The notes below the pieces were generated by a model that was not told the DNA's origin, ran no database searches, and worked only from the letters and a program-made list of their open reading frames with translations. A stretch of DNA of 64,000 bases from assembly GCA_030141605.1 (NCBI GenBank), contig JAQGDQ010000338.1, positions 124,001 to 188,000 of the forward strand, given 5' to 3'. This document shows, in pieces, positions 1-60,949 of this stretch; the first letter of the stretch is position 1; the number at the start of each line of letters is the position of its first letter. The stretch is from Tubiluchus corallicola. Lineage: Eukaryota > Animalia > Priapulida. The translations under genes were made by a program, and so were the position numbers.

Positions 1-478
1 TATTGAATTGGAATTTAATAATTTGGTATGTCAATTTATCTGCATTTTTATGTTACTTCACAGGAAACTTCCTGCATTAATAACCTTGATTTTAGCGCTC
101 ACTTTAATACTCTTTGTTTAACATCACTGTAAGAAATGTTATACGCACAAATTAGAAAAGTTAATTACAGAATCCGTAAATGTAATATTGTAGAATTCAC
201 TCTGTATAGTGTCTATGTGAAATTCTATAATGTTAGTACAGATATTTTTGCCTGCAAAAAGAGGCTAATAAAAACTTATCATCATCATCATCAGATCGAA
301 CCACTGCTAATAGCATTGTAAAATGAAAAATCATAGTCAGTAAACTTATGCGTGTAACGACAGTTGCTTTTAAAACTCTGATTTTATACAAGAAACAGAA
401 TAAAAATGCGTTCTTTATTTTTTGATAACAGCAAGAAAGAAGAGTAAAAAGTCTACAGATAGCAAATACTGTAGTTAC

Positions 479-46879
<46,401 letters not shown>

Positions 46880-47519
46880 GATTTCTGCAAAAAGAAATGC
46901 ATTAAACATTAGTTATTACTGTATAATGTAGGTAACAGTGGCAACGATGTTATACACTCACATTTATGTACGTATTTATAAACACGAAAATCGTGTCTTA
47001 ACTTTAATTCAAGCAATATTTATTTCAGTTTGTTTTACATGTTTGTATATTTATGTAAGGAAACTCAAGTTTTCCAGTTATTTTTTGCAAGTTTGTTTTT
47101 GCTTCATTACTTCCCTTTTTCATTTGTTCACGCTTTCTTCTTTTTTCTTCTTGATTTGCTCATTTATTCAATCGCTTGTTTTTCTTTTGTTCGTTTGCTT
47201 TTCCATTTATTTATTCATTCGTTTATTTATTTGTTTTATTTTTTTATTTTTTCACTTATTTATGAATAATCAGTTAATCAGTTAGTTGGTTTTTTGGCCA
47301 ATTAGTCTGTCGGTCAATCAGTGAATCAATCAATCAATCATTTAGTCACTGTCATTCACTCACTCATTCATTCGTTTGATCATTCGTCCGGTTATTCGTT
47401 CGTTCATTTATTTATTCATTCATTCATTCGTCTATTTATTTATTTACTTTTTTATTTATATACTTATTCATTTATTTTGAGAACAATAATTTAATCATTC
47501 AGTTAGTTGGTTGGTCGGT

Positions 47520-47534
47520 CGATCAATCGAGCAG

Positions 47535-47617
<83 letters not shown>

Positions 47618-47790
47618 GTCAGTCAGTCAGTCAGTCAGTCAGTCAGTCAGTCAGTCAGTCAGTCAGTCAGTCAGTCAGTCAGTCAGTCAGTCAGTCAGTC
47701 AGTCAGTCAGTCAGTCAGTCAGTCAGTCAGTCAGTCAGTCAGTCAGTCAGTCAGTCAGTCAGTCAATCAGTCAGTCAGTCAGTCAATCAG

Positions 47791-47855
<65 letters not shown>

Positions 47856-48115
47856 TAATCAATAAATCATTTAGTCACCCAATCATTCACGTACACAATT
47901 ATTCGTTCTGTCGTTTGGTCCTTCATTCATTTATTCATTCATTCATTCATTCATTCATTCATTCATTCATTCATTCATTCATTCATTCATTCATTCATTC
48001 ATTCATTCATTCATTCATTCATTCATTCATTTATTCATTTATTCAGCCATCGATTCATTTGCACGTTCATTCTTTCACACATTAATGTTCGTTTGTTTGT
48101 TTGTTTGTTCATTTC
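47520..48115. repeat. Compound (TCAA)n-(TCAG)n-(TCAA)n and (TTCA)n microsatellites
   Basis: Direct observation. Confidence 0.97.
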
Positions 48116-48570
48116 TTACAGTAAAACGAAACAAAGAATAAACTTTAGCTGATGTCAGTTTTTTCAGATGCTTTACTGCTGATTAGCTGCACTAAATATT
48201 GATGGTGAATTTACTGTTTAGTTCTCCTTTAAATCAAAAGGCATCAAATTAGCGAAGAGGCGCATATATAGGAAACCGAATGTGGCAACTTGGTGAAACA
48301 GAAGGTGAGTCTTCAGCCCACAACATTACCAACTAATAATACAGTTTTCACAATCAGTTCTATTATTGATAACTGCCTCAAGTAGAACCAGGATTGTAGA
48401 AAACAGATTCGCATCGTATAATAATACACATAGCCGTTGGACATTATTAACTACAGAAATCCTTGCCTGTTGTGTGTAGGTACAATGTTAATTAAACAGG
48501 AAGCCATTTTGTTTACGATTTAGAGTGATAACTTATTAATAACACCGATGAATCTTCAACTAAGCTCACG

Positions 48571-48572
<2 letters not shown>

Positions 48573-48610
<38 letters not shown>

Positions 48611-48675
48611 CGATGATGATGACGATGATGATGATGACGATGGTGGTGGTGATGATGATGATGATGATGATGATA
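48573..48675. repeat. (GAT)n microsatellite, probable tail of a minus-strand LINE
   Basis: Followed by TTTATT (minus-strand AATAAA). Confidence 0.85.
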
Positions 48676-50234
48676 AATCTTTTATTACGCCTCTATTTGC
48701 GGGCTCGATACATCAGTAATTAAAAATGAAGCCATGTACACATATTAGTGACATACGTAAATAAATACATGCAGTTACGTAAAACTAAAAGCAACTGTAC
48801 AAGTTATATGCAAATAAACAAATATATATGTATAAACAAATACGTTAGAATTTACAAACTATATACAAAGGTAAATAAAGGATTAGTTAACCAAAAATCC
48901 TGTAATTCTACTTTTGTTCTGCTTTAAAAAGTTAAATTAAGCATTTTTTTCTGTGTCACAAATAAATTTCTCACAAAGTTTTAGTTATAAAGTTCGTTAA
49001 GTTTGCTGTCTAGTACCTTGCGAGATTTTAAATGCTGTTATGTAAAACTGCTTTTTAGAGGTTATCAAAAACTTCAAAATATTTCGCATCAAACATCTGG
49101 CATGTTTTATTAACATTAAGTGAAGTTACTGATGTTCATTTCTGCCTCATTGTTTCCTGAACTTCTGGTTTCAACTGACGAAAAATAAACTTACGCTATA
49201 ATCAGGCACTTGTTGTTTTAATTTCACTAATGAATTAATTATGCTCATTAGTTTACAAACGTAATCATGTATTCATTCACCGCTTATAGGTAGGCTTACT
49301 TTTATTCCTCCATTTTAATGCAATTTGGCGGGAAAAATTCATTTTGACATTTTAAAGGATTTCACTTTCTAAAATCCCCTTTTCTAGAAATAATCAAAAA
49401 TTGCTGATAAAGTTTGTTTAGATCTAGTAATATTTTTGTTGTTTTTGATACAAATATTTTCTTATTTCAGCATGATTAGTGAACATTTCTTAATGAAAAC
49501 AAAATTTTGACGTGGTTATTCTCTCTCTCGACTCATTGCGTGCTTTCCTTCAAGGATTACAATTTTTCGGGAGTTTTGAACTGTCAGTGCCCGTGATTAT
49601 TCCTAGAAATTTAATCCGAAACTGAAACCTAATTTTGTTGTCCCCGTGTGACAGTAGAACGGGCGCACTGATACACTGTGAACCGAGGTCAGGGAACTAC
49701 ATACCAGCATAATCTAAACCGGCGCGTCGAAATTTAACTTGACAAATTAAACAGCGCTGAATAGGCGACTGTATTTGCATAGCCATTTCCATTTTCATAG
49801 TTAAAACCTGGGCTCATTCACACGGCCGAACTTTTAACGTAGTTTCCAATCGCGGACAAAGACTTTAAAGAAGTGCATAAGACGCTAAACTGGTCCCAGC
49901 GAGCCCCTGATACAGTGGACTTTCACTTCTTTTGTGGTCAAGCGTTTTACTCTAAGCTATTTCTGTGTAGAGTACATTATTGTAGCGACTTAACTTCCTG
50001 ATTGTCCATCAGATAAAACTGACACTCTGGGAAAGTTCTCCTGGTAGATCTTGTTAATGAAAGAAAGAAACACTTGGCCTTGTTTTCTTATCGGTCAATC
50101 TTGTGGAGCAAAGTAAACGGTTTTTACTTAACTGTCATAGAATCAGAAAGATGGTTGAATGTCTTTGGCTCTTTGCCATAGATTAAAATATGCGTAGAGG
50201 GTTTGGGATGTCATTTGAACAATTTAAATGTTAC

Positions 50235-50730
50235 ATGACGGTCATAATGAAGTTGATGTTGTTGTTGATGACGATGATGATTAAGATGATGGGGAAGGTA
50301 ATGATGATGGCGATGACGACGAAAACGACAACGGGAACGAGAACGTCGACGATGATGACAACGACAACAACATCAATTACAACAACGACAACAACAACAA
50401 GAACAACATCAACATCAATTACAACAACTACGACAACAACAACAATGACGACAGCGACAACAACAACGACGACGACGACAACAACAACAGTGACGACAAT
50501 GACAACGACAACAAAAACAACGGCAATAGCAACAGCGACAACAAAAACAACATCAATCACAACAACTATGACAACAACAACAACAGTGACGAGAGCGACA
50601 ATGACAACAACAACAACAACGTCAATGACAACAAAAACAACATTAATTACAACAACTATGACAACAATAACATTGACGACAGAGACGATGACAACAACAA
50701 CAACAACAACAACAACAATAATAATTATTA
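50235..50730. repeat. (GAT)n/(ACA)n cryptic repeat sharing a higher-order motif with 7400-7645
   Basis: ACATCAATTACAACAAC(T/G)...GACAACAACAACAATGACGAC motifs. Confidence 0.85.
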
Positions 50731-51274
50731 CATAAACCTTTATAATTGTGGCCCTTACTTTATACAGGAATTTCTAAAGGTGTTCAGCTTATCATGTGAA
50801 GTTTAAGGTTTCCATGGCTAGGTTAGTTATTTTAGGTTAATTTAACAACTAATTTGTAACAAAAATTTTGTTGGATTGAAAGTTAGAAGTTGCACAAAGT
50901 TGCAGGTGTAAGTTAGGAGTGTGAAATTTTGGTTTGACGGTTGAAGCAAAAGCTTGAATGTTGGAAAATATGGAGTTTTCGCCGTTTCGGCAATGTTGGT
51001 ATCTATAGAAGAACTACACTGACATCAGGGACAATGTTTTGATGGGGTTGTTTACGTGAGTTGTTAGAACAGTAAACATTCCAAAGCTCACACAAACGTA
51101 GTTTTGTTTACAGGAGCAGGTGGAAACAATGACAACGGTAACCACAAAGTCTAAAGTGAAAGTGGGGCAGAGACGACCTAGGCAGGTGGCCCAATCTACG
51201 TGTTTACGTGTTTATCGATTATTTCCAATTGAATCAGTGAAACTTATGGGTTATCCAATCATTAATGTTTTTAA

Positions 51275-51733
51275 CGCTTTCATACCCGTTGTATCCCGTG
51301 GGATACGAGAACATTTTCTGCCTTTAAAATTAATAAAATTTTAAAACTGACAGTTATTTGATCTGTTAATAGTTATTTTTATTTAAGCCAATAACAATAG
51401 ACTAAAATGGTGATAAAATGGCAAACTAGAAAATCCACATAGCATAAAAAACTGTGCAAGGTACAGTATTTTAGACACGACTTTGTACAGATCAGCATAG
51501 CGTGCATACTAAATGCCTCAAATACTTTAAAAAATTATCAGCAGTTGCAAAATGAAGCACATTTTATGCTTCCACGGAATCCCAATGTATCCCGTGGGGT
51601 ACAGGCTATATTTAGCACGCGGGCACAGGTAGGAAAAAATAATTATTATGTGTAAACAAGATGGACATACTGAACAAAAGTACCAAGCCAAAAAAAAATT
51701 TCTTATTAAAAAAATAATTTGGGACTGAAAGGG
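51275..51733. mobile_element. piggyBac-like MITE, copy 1
   Basis: TTAA-CGCTTTCATACCC...GGGACTGAAAGGG-TTAA; near-identical to 61951-62385. Confidence 0.8.
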
Positions 51734-53024
51734 TTAAACGGATTTTGCAAAGGGTCAAAGCTATTGAAACATTGGCAAATATGCTTAGTTTAGTTTAGTT
51801 TTGTTTATTATTATCACATTCAGTACAATATAATGACATTAAGCACACAGTGACATCGAAATTATTACATCATAGTGTATTAACTTGTTATGTTTCATAA
51901 ACTATCGTTATCATAAAAAAATAATTATACTTCAGTGGGCTAGAGAAGCAAAGGCTTGTATAAGCCCACTTTCATGTGAACCCGATAAAAAAGAATGGAT
52001 GGGTCAAGAGAAAAAAGAACTGGGATAAAGGTTAGATCACACAGGAAGGGTTAAAGGGTGTGTTAATGGAAATGGTAGGAAGAAAGATAATAGATTGTGC
52101 TATGTTGACATAAGAATGCTATTAATAATAGCCTTAAAGGAAGCCTTAAAACCTTGCAATAAAATCATTCTATAGATGCTATACACAAGTTAGGCGAAAC
52201 GTTGTCAAAAGTTTTACAAAAACAGCAGTATAAATGGTTCATCTAGAAGCAGGACATTATTTATTATTTATTTAAATTTTATTCCTTATTTCAGTTTGTA
52301 GATGTAGTCTTGAACCATATAAATAGAATAACTATCAAAAAGCTAATTATGAGTAAGAAAAGAGGTTAGTTAAAATATTTATGTAGTGAATAGTAGGCCC
52401 TTTCACTATATATTGTACATGAAACTATTGTAAATGTGTAATGTGAAATAAATGACTTATGACTTACGAAAAAAGCATTAAACATTAATGGGAGGCGTTT
52501 CAGTCGATTGCTAAACTGCGTTGTGTTATGTTAAATTGTACAAAAACATCAGCCCTATAATATTTTTTTAAAGACACCCCTATAAAAGTTTAGCAGAACA
52601 ACCCAAAGGCTTCCCATTTATGTTGAAGAATACAACAAACTCGTAATAAACACGAATTTCTATACATTGCACTAATCAGTGCAGTAATAATGCGTTAAAT
52701 TGTAAAGTCAGATGTTAAATAACTGCCGCAGTGTATGAACGCGAGTAATTTACCTCGTGGGAAAAGCAAGACAAAGCGGGGCGATGTGCCTCATGAACTA
52801 GCGAAGTGAAATCCATAAAATCAGAGAACTAGTTACAGGGAAATCTTTGCGTGCATTGCTCTATCAATGTCACGTTTGATGATGTCTCATATTAGATTTA
52901 ATGACGACCGGGTAATTATGACTTAAATACACAGACGGTTTTATAGGAGTTCCTTTCGGATATTTCCTCTTAAGAGGTGAGAACTTGGTAGGTGGCTCTG
53001 TACAGCTGTTTGCTTGATGAGTAA

Positions 53025-53050
53025 TACGCATGCGCACAATGAGCCAATAA
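53025..53050. promoter_or_regulatory. Candidate promoter elements (NRF1-like GCATGCGC next to a CCAAT box)
   Basis: ACGCATGCGCAC then GAGCCAAT, upstream of the EGF gene's first coding exon; motif match only. Confidence 0.25.
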
Positions 53051-54062
53051 TGGGTTCAAAGCTCCACTCTTTAATTTGGTCAAGATGTTTTAAGCAACTT
53101 ACGCAGAAGTGATTTTTCCTTTGTAGACAATCAGCAGATCTTTAAGTGATATTATGTAATATTTATGTAGGGAATAATTTATGATTCTGTAACATAAAAA
53201 CAGTATCGATATCGCATAATGTACGTGGCCATTAAAATACGTTGATAATCACTGACAAAAACTTTACAGAGATGATCAATCAGTGTTAGTTAATAAAAAC
53301 TTTAATGGAATTTTTTATTTATGTAAAAATATCATTTTTCTTATTGCCAACAGACATTTTTTGTTATTTATTTATGTAACAAACATAATAAATGCACTGA
53401 ATTACAATAATTCGAAATAAATCGTATATATAATTCATGAACATGTGTCAACATGATAATTATTTTAACAGTTTTAAGACTTTGTCGTGTAAACCAGCTG
53501 ACATCTATATCTGTATCTTAGTAGGCAGATACATCGTATTATAACTAATTGTAGTTTGTAGCCTAGCAAACAGAGCGTCCATTTCTAGTATTTCTTTCCA
53601 CAAATTCTTTGCCTGACATGCTTCTGACAGATTAAGATTAAGATCACATTACGATCATGTCCTAATCATATCACGTAAAGCATTTGTGGAAAGGAACATT
53701 TGATGTATTTGTATAAAAAAAGGTTTGATACATTACTTTGTAAACTTATAAGTTACAACCAGCCTACAAGTTAGTACAATGCCACATATGTTATAGATCT
53801 GGATTGTAGCTACATTGTAGGGATGTAAGTTGTAAGTAAGATGTAAATCTGACGCGTTTAAGATTTGTGTTAAGATAAGAACAATGTTTAAAGCAAAACC
53901 GGACCCAATCTTAAATTGCAAGTCAAAACAATCTACTCTTTAAAATATTGAAAGGAAACGTACTATTTTTTCAAAAATGACTTACGTGGAATAATCATTA
54001 CCACACAAATACAATTTTACGTTCGTGCCACTAGTTCTTCGCTGTTACGTTTCGCTATTCGC

Positions 54063-54410
54063 TAGTTAGACGGGCACTAGCGCCTGCATTTCGGAGACGC
54101 ATTGCACAGAAAACAGGTGTTGTACCTCTCAGTTCATATGTGTTAGTTTGTGACAAGCTGCACACGTTCGACAGCTCATGTGTGAGCACAGCGGTAAATT
54201 TGAAATTTGAATTTTTGTCTTAAAAGTTGCCTAATTTTAGTACAACACACTGAATATCTTACAGTATCACTGTACATCCATCTTGGCTTTTAAAAACACG
54301 TGCAATACGCCCGTGGAATATTTTTACTGTTGAAAATTATGTTAGTTTGTGATGTGATCAATAGTTGGGATCGCCCGGCGTTAATTAAGTTTTTAATCTA
54401 TTATTTAGCT
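54063..54410. repeat. Dispersed repeat, inverted copy of 32965-33300
   Basis: Collinear reverse-complement similarity. Confidence 0.8.
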
Positions 54411-55260
54411 AACGAATTTTAGGAGACTCCGGGCGAAATCAGGAGTGGTGGCAGCCCTAAGTGAAGGCCTGCTTTTTTGAAGTTTTCACTGTTTTAAATA
54501 CCTCTGAATAAATTTATCCGTACTAAGCTTTCCTATTTTTACTGTTTCCGTAATTTTAGTGCTTAGACCAATATTTATATCAGTATAACTTTTACTGTAC
54601 ATACAGAAGTTTTCAATACGCTGAAATTGAATTTCAAATTTTGTAGATAAATTTAATTTTTCTCGCACAACTGGCGGTTTGATTTCAGTTTTTAACGTTC
54701 TTTTGTCAATTCGTCAATTTGCTGTGCGTTTTTGCAGTAGTGATTAAATTTACTACTAATTTAACGGTTGAATGCGTGAATCTGACAAGTCCAGACGCAT
54801 TTTAATTACGCATAATGATTCAGGGTTCCGGTTTGTTACGTAAACAAAATATTTTAGTTGTGCTTTTCAAATGTGCAATAATTTACCCAATAAAATAAAA
54901 CAAGCCAGTAATGTAAATAAATTTAAGAAACTTTTTAAAAATATTTACTAGAAAACGTGTCATTTGATAAATGATCTAAGATGTAAATTTTTTACCATAA
55001 TTATATAATTTTATCGTATTAATCAAGTTTTCCATTTTTATTGTTTTCCCCTTTTATGTTGACTGTACTTTTAATTTATTTACACATACGTATGTGTTTA
55101 TATTGTACTAACCATGTACCAATTATTCTGTACTTTTAGCTGTAAATTTACTCTCTATACATTGTCGATATATTTTACGATGCTTTAAATGGGTTTATAA
55201 GTCTCTCGACTTCTGTTCATAGATCCGTCCATTGATAATGTGTCTACAATTTCTGATAAC

Positions 55261-55285
55261 AGGAGGAGGAGGAGGAGGAGGAGGA

Positions 55286-55356
<71 letters not shown>

Positions 55357-55360
55357 AGAG
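55261..55360. repeat. (GGA)n-(GA)n microsatellite
   Basis: Direct observation. Confidence 0.95.
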
Positions 55361-55929
55361 ATGCATTACAAATAAAATAAAATAAACAAAGTGTAGGCCA
55401 TGTTATTTCTTTCTTCTAACAACCTACATTGCCAAAGTTTAGAGAGATTTTTCCTCCAACCAGCGCGACGTACGAAAGGTGAAATATATTCACTTTGAAG
55501 AAGAATTTCAATTCAAATTGTTGTCAAACTTTCGTGCGGGCGGTGAATGAAAATCCTCATACTCAAGTGAACAAAATAATAAGTGTTTAATAAGAAGCAA
55601 TGTCAGTGATTCATGGGCATAGGTAAAGGTGAACAACCTCACCCAGGTAAAGCAGAAATAATTGCAGTGATCCTCATACGTGAATGTATCAATTGTCTAA
55701 CATTCTTTTCGCTCACTCATGCAGTAATATACACCAGTGAACGCCTGCTAGATCCTTCCCCGCTTATTCACTCCCGTTCAACCTCCCCTCCCGGAAATCG
55801 GGCAGGTTGAATGGGGATTTTTGAAGGAAGAATGCGAATCAGTAACCGATGACCTCTGCCCTATCCTAATATGAAATAGTGTTTAGTGAAGTCACCGTCC
55901 ATTTGATAATGCGTATGTAATTTCTGGTA

Positions 55930-56003
55930 AGAGGCGGAGAGAGACAGAGAGAGAGAGAGGGAGGGAGGGAGAGAGAGAGAGAGAGAGAGAGGGAGAATGA
56001 GGG

Positions 56004-56052
<49 letters not shown>

Positions 56053-56127
56053 AGGGAGAGAGAGAGGGAGGGAGAAGGAGAGAGAGAGAGGGAGGGAGAG
56101 GGAGGGAGGGAGAGAGAGAAAGGGGGA

Positions 56128-56198
<71 letters not shown>

Positions 56199-56282
56199 AG
56201 AGAGAGAGGGAGGGGGAAGGAGAGAGAGAGGGAGGGAGAGGGAGGGAGGGAGAGAGAGAAAGGGGGAAGGAGAGAGAGAGAT

Positions 56283-56336
<54 letters not shown>

Positions 56337-56345
56337 GGAGGGAGA
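55930..56345. repeat. ~415-bp almost pure polypurine tract with internal duplicated units
   Basis: GA/GGGA repeats; GGAGGGAGGGAGAGAGAGAAAGGGGGAAGG unit occurs twice. Confidence 0.95.
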
Positions 56346-56871
56346 ACGCATGCGCACACACTGCTCAAGAACTTTTCATCAGAAACGCATCAAAACTTGA
56401 GAAAATTCACGCTGAGTTGTCACGCTTGTGCTGGTAAAGCGATTTTGAAATTTTACTGACAAAGCTAGATGCGAACTTGCGAACCTAAAGCTGTGCTGTA
56501 ACCAAACGCAAAAAAACTATTAAAGCAAAAAATGGCTTCTTTAACAGGGCCTGTGATTATTATTATAGATGTAAAGACACAACAAGCTATAGTTAATAAA
56601 GTTCGTTTTTATATGTAGTTAATATATAATATAGTTAATAAAGTTCGTTTTTAACTCGCAACTGATAGCATGAATAGGGTCACGTTTAATTTTGACTTCA
56701 AATGGCGCTAAACGGCTGTATTTTTCTTTCAGTTATTAAATTTCCCAAGTTTTAAAGCGCCATATTTAAGATAAAGTTTCAGTTTAAAACTCATTCACTC
56801 CATAAATTTACTCCACAGTTCTGAGTTCATTCGTGTTCCTGTGTTATCGTGTCGTGAAGCATTAGGAGAGA

Positions 56872-57160
56872 TGTATATATATATATATAATATAATAATC
56901 TTTATTAGCCATTAAAGTACGTTGATAATCACTGACAAAAACTTTACAGAGATGATCAATCAGTGTTAGTTAACAAAAACTTACACTGCTAAAGGCAAAT
57001 GCGTCAGTGCAATCGAAACTACTGTGCAGTAATGGAAAGTAACGACGAATAAAATCAAACACATTTACAACTATGCACAAAAAATGAAAAAAATATGATT
57101 TAATTAATGTGGCCGTGGATATATAAATTCTGAATTAGTGTGTATGTTGTGGTACTGGTG
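56872..57160 (-). mobile_element. CR1/L2-group LINE 3' UTR, inverted copy of 28590-28872
   Basis: Reverse-complement identity including AATAAA + (TA)n. Confidence 0.8.
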
Positions 57161-58699
57161 TGATGGTATTTATGATGGTATGTAATTATAGGAGGAAAAC
57201 TTCGCTGTTTAGGAAAAAAGAACGCCAGTAAATATTCCCTAGTCCTGTAAATACAGAAGGAGAAGGTTCCCAAAGAGAAGACTAAGTGATGAGTAAGATG
57301 TTCAAGGTTACTATGTGAACGAACTTTGGCACTTTCGCTTTTCTGACACTGATGGTCGATGGCTGATCAACTTCACTACTACAGAGCCACCTACTTCACG
57401 TTTATAATACTATGCAAAAATGCATAAAAAAGATACGAAAAAACAATTTCTAATGCTCTAAACACGTGGTTATTTTCGAAGAACAAAGCCATGTTTAATA
57501 CTGAGGAATACAAGTACAGTATAGTTAGCTGTTCCCGCCTGCGTCTGCCTTCCCTTCAGGCAAACTTCAAATCATGTAAAGCTATTTGAAGCATTGAACC
57601 CAACACGAGCATTGTGTAATTCTTCCACACGAGTTGCCCAAGCCGAGCCACACATACATACAGAATCACAATGTTTGCGCGGTTTAATTATGATTAATGA
57701 TAAGAACTTTATGAACAAATACGCTAGTTTTAAAGACCCGTGATTATCATGAACCTGAGTTAATGACCCTGTTGTGTTTAGAACCGTAAATATGCTTTGT
57801 TGCTGGATACATTTTTGGTTTTGCTGTCCCTTTGTGAGTGCGCTTTAGAGATTGTTTGTGCTGTACGTGTACACGAGCTAATATTTCCGTTTTCCATTCA
57901 GGGAGATCACTCGATTTTTCTTAGTTTAGGTACAAGAGTGTCAAAAATGATACCGTGCAGTGTTTCAGTAGTGTCGCTAAGCAATCATATTATTGCTCAG
58001 AACTTAATACTATTGTTGTTGTTGTTACTGCTGCTGCTGTTGTTGTTGTTGCTGCAGACGCGAGGTAGTAAGATGTCTGTGCACAACTAATTACAATTAC
58101 ATATTATGACATAACAATCAAGAAGACAGTTTTAACAGTACAACAAAAGTTACACTAGACTACAGCCAAGCAGCATTTGCTTTCTTGTCCCTGCATGAGG
58201 AAGGTGGTTCGAAATCCACGGCTATCTTCCCGTAAATTACCAACTCACAAATTTGCAGCAGTCTACTGGTAAATTATCAATTCAAAAATTTTCGAGACCC
58301 CTCCCCCAATGAACCACTTATTGGAAAATTTCCACGAGCCTTTTTTACCAGCTGAGCTTCGAAAGGTTGAGAAAATCTACACGCTGAGATATTACCATCC
58401 AGGGAGGCTGGCATTTTATCTACCTAGAATGTAAAATTATTTACGTATTTTACCACCACATATTCATATGTTAATATAACTGTTATGTAAGATGGAAGTA
58501 TTATTGATGCCGCCTTATATACGGGAAGAATGCTAAACCATGAGGGAAAATTCCCCAAAAAATAGCTGATGAATTGCTTAATCAGTCCGTGTATTCAGGA
58601 CTTTATTAATATTACGAGTTTATTTTGCACAATAAAATAGGGGATGTTTGTAAAGTAATATGTTGAACTGCAGACGGTACCTCGCCGACAAGGGCATCA

Positions 58700-59112
58700 G
58701 AAATTAATACATTTCAAAGAAGAAACTTCAGGAACATTCTAGGAATAAAATGACCAAAGAAAATATCAAACCAGGATCTACAATAAAGTCAAAGCAGATG
58801 AATGGACAATTAAAATCAAAAAGAGAAGATTAAGATGGACAGGACATGTTATACGACTACCAGATGACAGTCCATTAAAATAAACTTTCAAAGAAGCAGT
58901 GCAGAAAGAAAAGAAACCACAAGGAGGACAGCTGCTGACTTACATCAATTTCATCCAAAAAGATCTTATCAACACACGATTAGATATCAAAAATACAGAG
59001 ACATGGGAGGTTGCGGGTGACACGGCAGCATGAAGTGATTAGGAGGGTCATGTCAGAGGATGTGTGACTCCAGAGATGACGACGACGACGACGACGATGA
59101 TGATGATGATGA

Positions 59113-59113
<1 letters not shown>
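58700..59113 (+). mobile_element. RTE-like LINE 3' fragment
   Basis: RRLRWTGHVIRLPDDSP motif with stops; (GAC/GAT)n tail; highly similar to 61100-61470. Confidence 0.85.
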
Positions 59114-59144
<31 letters not shown>

Positions 59145-59705
59145 TGTGTGTGTGTGTGTGTTTGCGTTATCTGAAAGATAAAGAAGATTTGTTCGATAAT
59201 TTTGCTTTGTAATTTAAAATTTTAGACTTTTTAGAGTAATGTATAATCGATACCAATCCAATAACATATTATTATTTTACTTCAAAACAGATAACCAGTC
59301 TAATACTGATTATTTATTTTCCTTAACACCGATAACCAACCAATCACGCAGTTTTCGCCAAAATCAGTAACCGATTAATCGAAACAACACGGTCAATAAC
59401 ATTGTCGATACTGGAAATAATGTTGCACCTTGTTGCAGAATTGACCAAAAATGGTGTCATTTTTTACCCTGGTGCAACTCAGAAGATGTTGCATGATGTT
59501 TTAGCCGACACATTGTAAGCAGAATCTACCATAGACGTCGAATTTGAATACCAGCTATTAAGAAGGTTTCTCGAGCGACAAATCCGCAAAAGGTGATTCG
59601 GAAAAAGCCAAAGTACGACGCTTAAAATTAACAAGTTTCGAAACAGTATCATCGTTCGTAACAGACTTAACAGTGTAGTCTAGCCACAAGAAGAGCTCAC
59701 ACGTC

Positions 59706-60127
59706 ACTAACTAAGTAAAATTTTAAATTACTGTATCTTGTCAATAAGGCTAAAAATTCGTCTTTGATTAGTGAGTGGTGCACCCTGGAGGGTGAGTCAA
59801 TAACATTTTAAATAATTAATAATTTTCTTTTCTAGTTACATGCTCTTTCAAGTAGGTATAGGAAATATTAAATAATGTAACTTTGCATGGAAGGTTTTTT
59901 GGGACATAGTTTAACATTTACTTTTCTTCTCCTGATTTCCATTGTGCATATATGACGTCATGTACTGGTGCAGTCAGAACAGTGTCGCAGGAAATTTAAA
60001 ATGAAAACAAATAAAAAATCATTTCAACGCGAGTACAATATATGCATAAAAATGCTCAAAAGAGATATGATTTTTTAAGGTGATTTTTCTGAAACCTACT
60101 TCAGGTACCCCTTTTCTAGTACTTTAA
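59706..60127. mobile_element. Kolobok-like element, copy 5 (right part)
   Basis: Homology to 6315-6870; ends ...CTTTAA. Confidence 0.7.
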
Positions 60128-60949
60128 CAGCGTAGTCGAGACAACATTATTCCTACATTACTCTCACATTTGACATTCCTTGCGAGCGAGTACAAGAGAC
60201 TGTAGGCGCTGTACCTCTCATCAATACCTACTTACTGATAGTGGACGGATGGCTCTAGGCTGAAGTCAACAGCCTTTGTACAGGAATTATAAACGATTTA
60301 CACCAATAAAGATTTAACAAGCTGCACCTAAACGACTTCCCTGCATTAAGCAGCCACAATTAACTGATTATAAAATTGTTTTGCAATTATCACCCCGGTC
60401 ACACGTTCGCTTCATTAGTAAGTTTCTGCTTTTTAAGTCGGTAATTAGTCCTGGAAAACGACTTTTGTCATTGGTTCTGGTCTGAAATATTTATCGCCGG
60501 TTTTATTGTAGAAAGTAGAAAATAATGATTTCTAGTCGGTTGTCTAGTTTTTGTTTTAATACTCAACTTTCGAAGCTTTTCAAGCGCAAAAATAAACCGA
60601 AGAAATTTTCTTCCTCTAAAAACCAAAAATTTAATAATAGATCTTTCAGTTGTGGCGGTGAAAGATCGTCATTGGTTTCAATTTTTTACCTTTTAAGCTT
60701 ATGGCACATGAAAGGATGGAGATTTTTCATGCAAACCAAAAACAATTTGAATTAAATATTTAACAATTAAATTTTGCAATAGCTGAGACCAAACTTAACA
60801 ATAGCATCACAGCAGTTGAACATTTTAGCTGCAGACAGGAAACAGTGGGGTGCTCTAAGAAGGCACAGATGCTCAACGCCGACAATAGACGTTTAGAGCA
60901 ACAGAAGAAGAAGTCTGGAAGTGAGAAAGAATGTGCATATTGCCAATGG

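Noticed and set aside
49850-50190. Possible coding or transposase remnant
   Set aside because: The minus-strand frames I translated contain stops and no recognisable motif.
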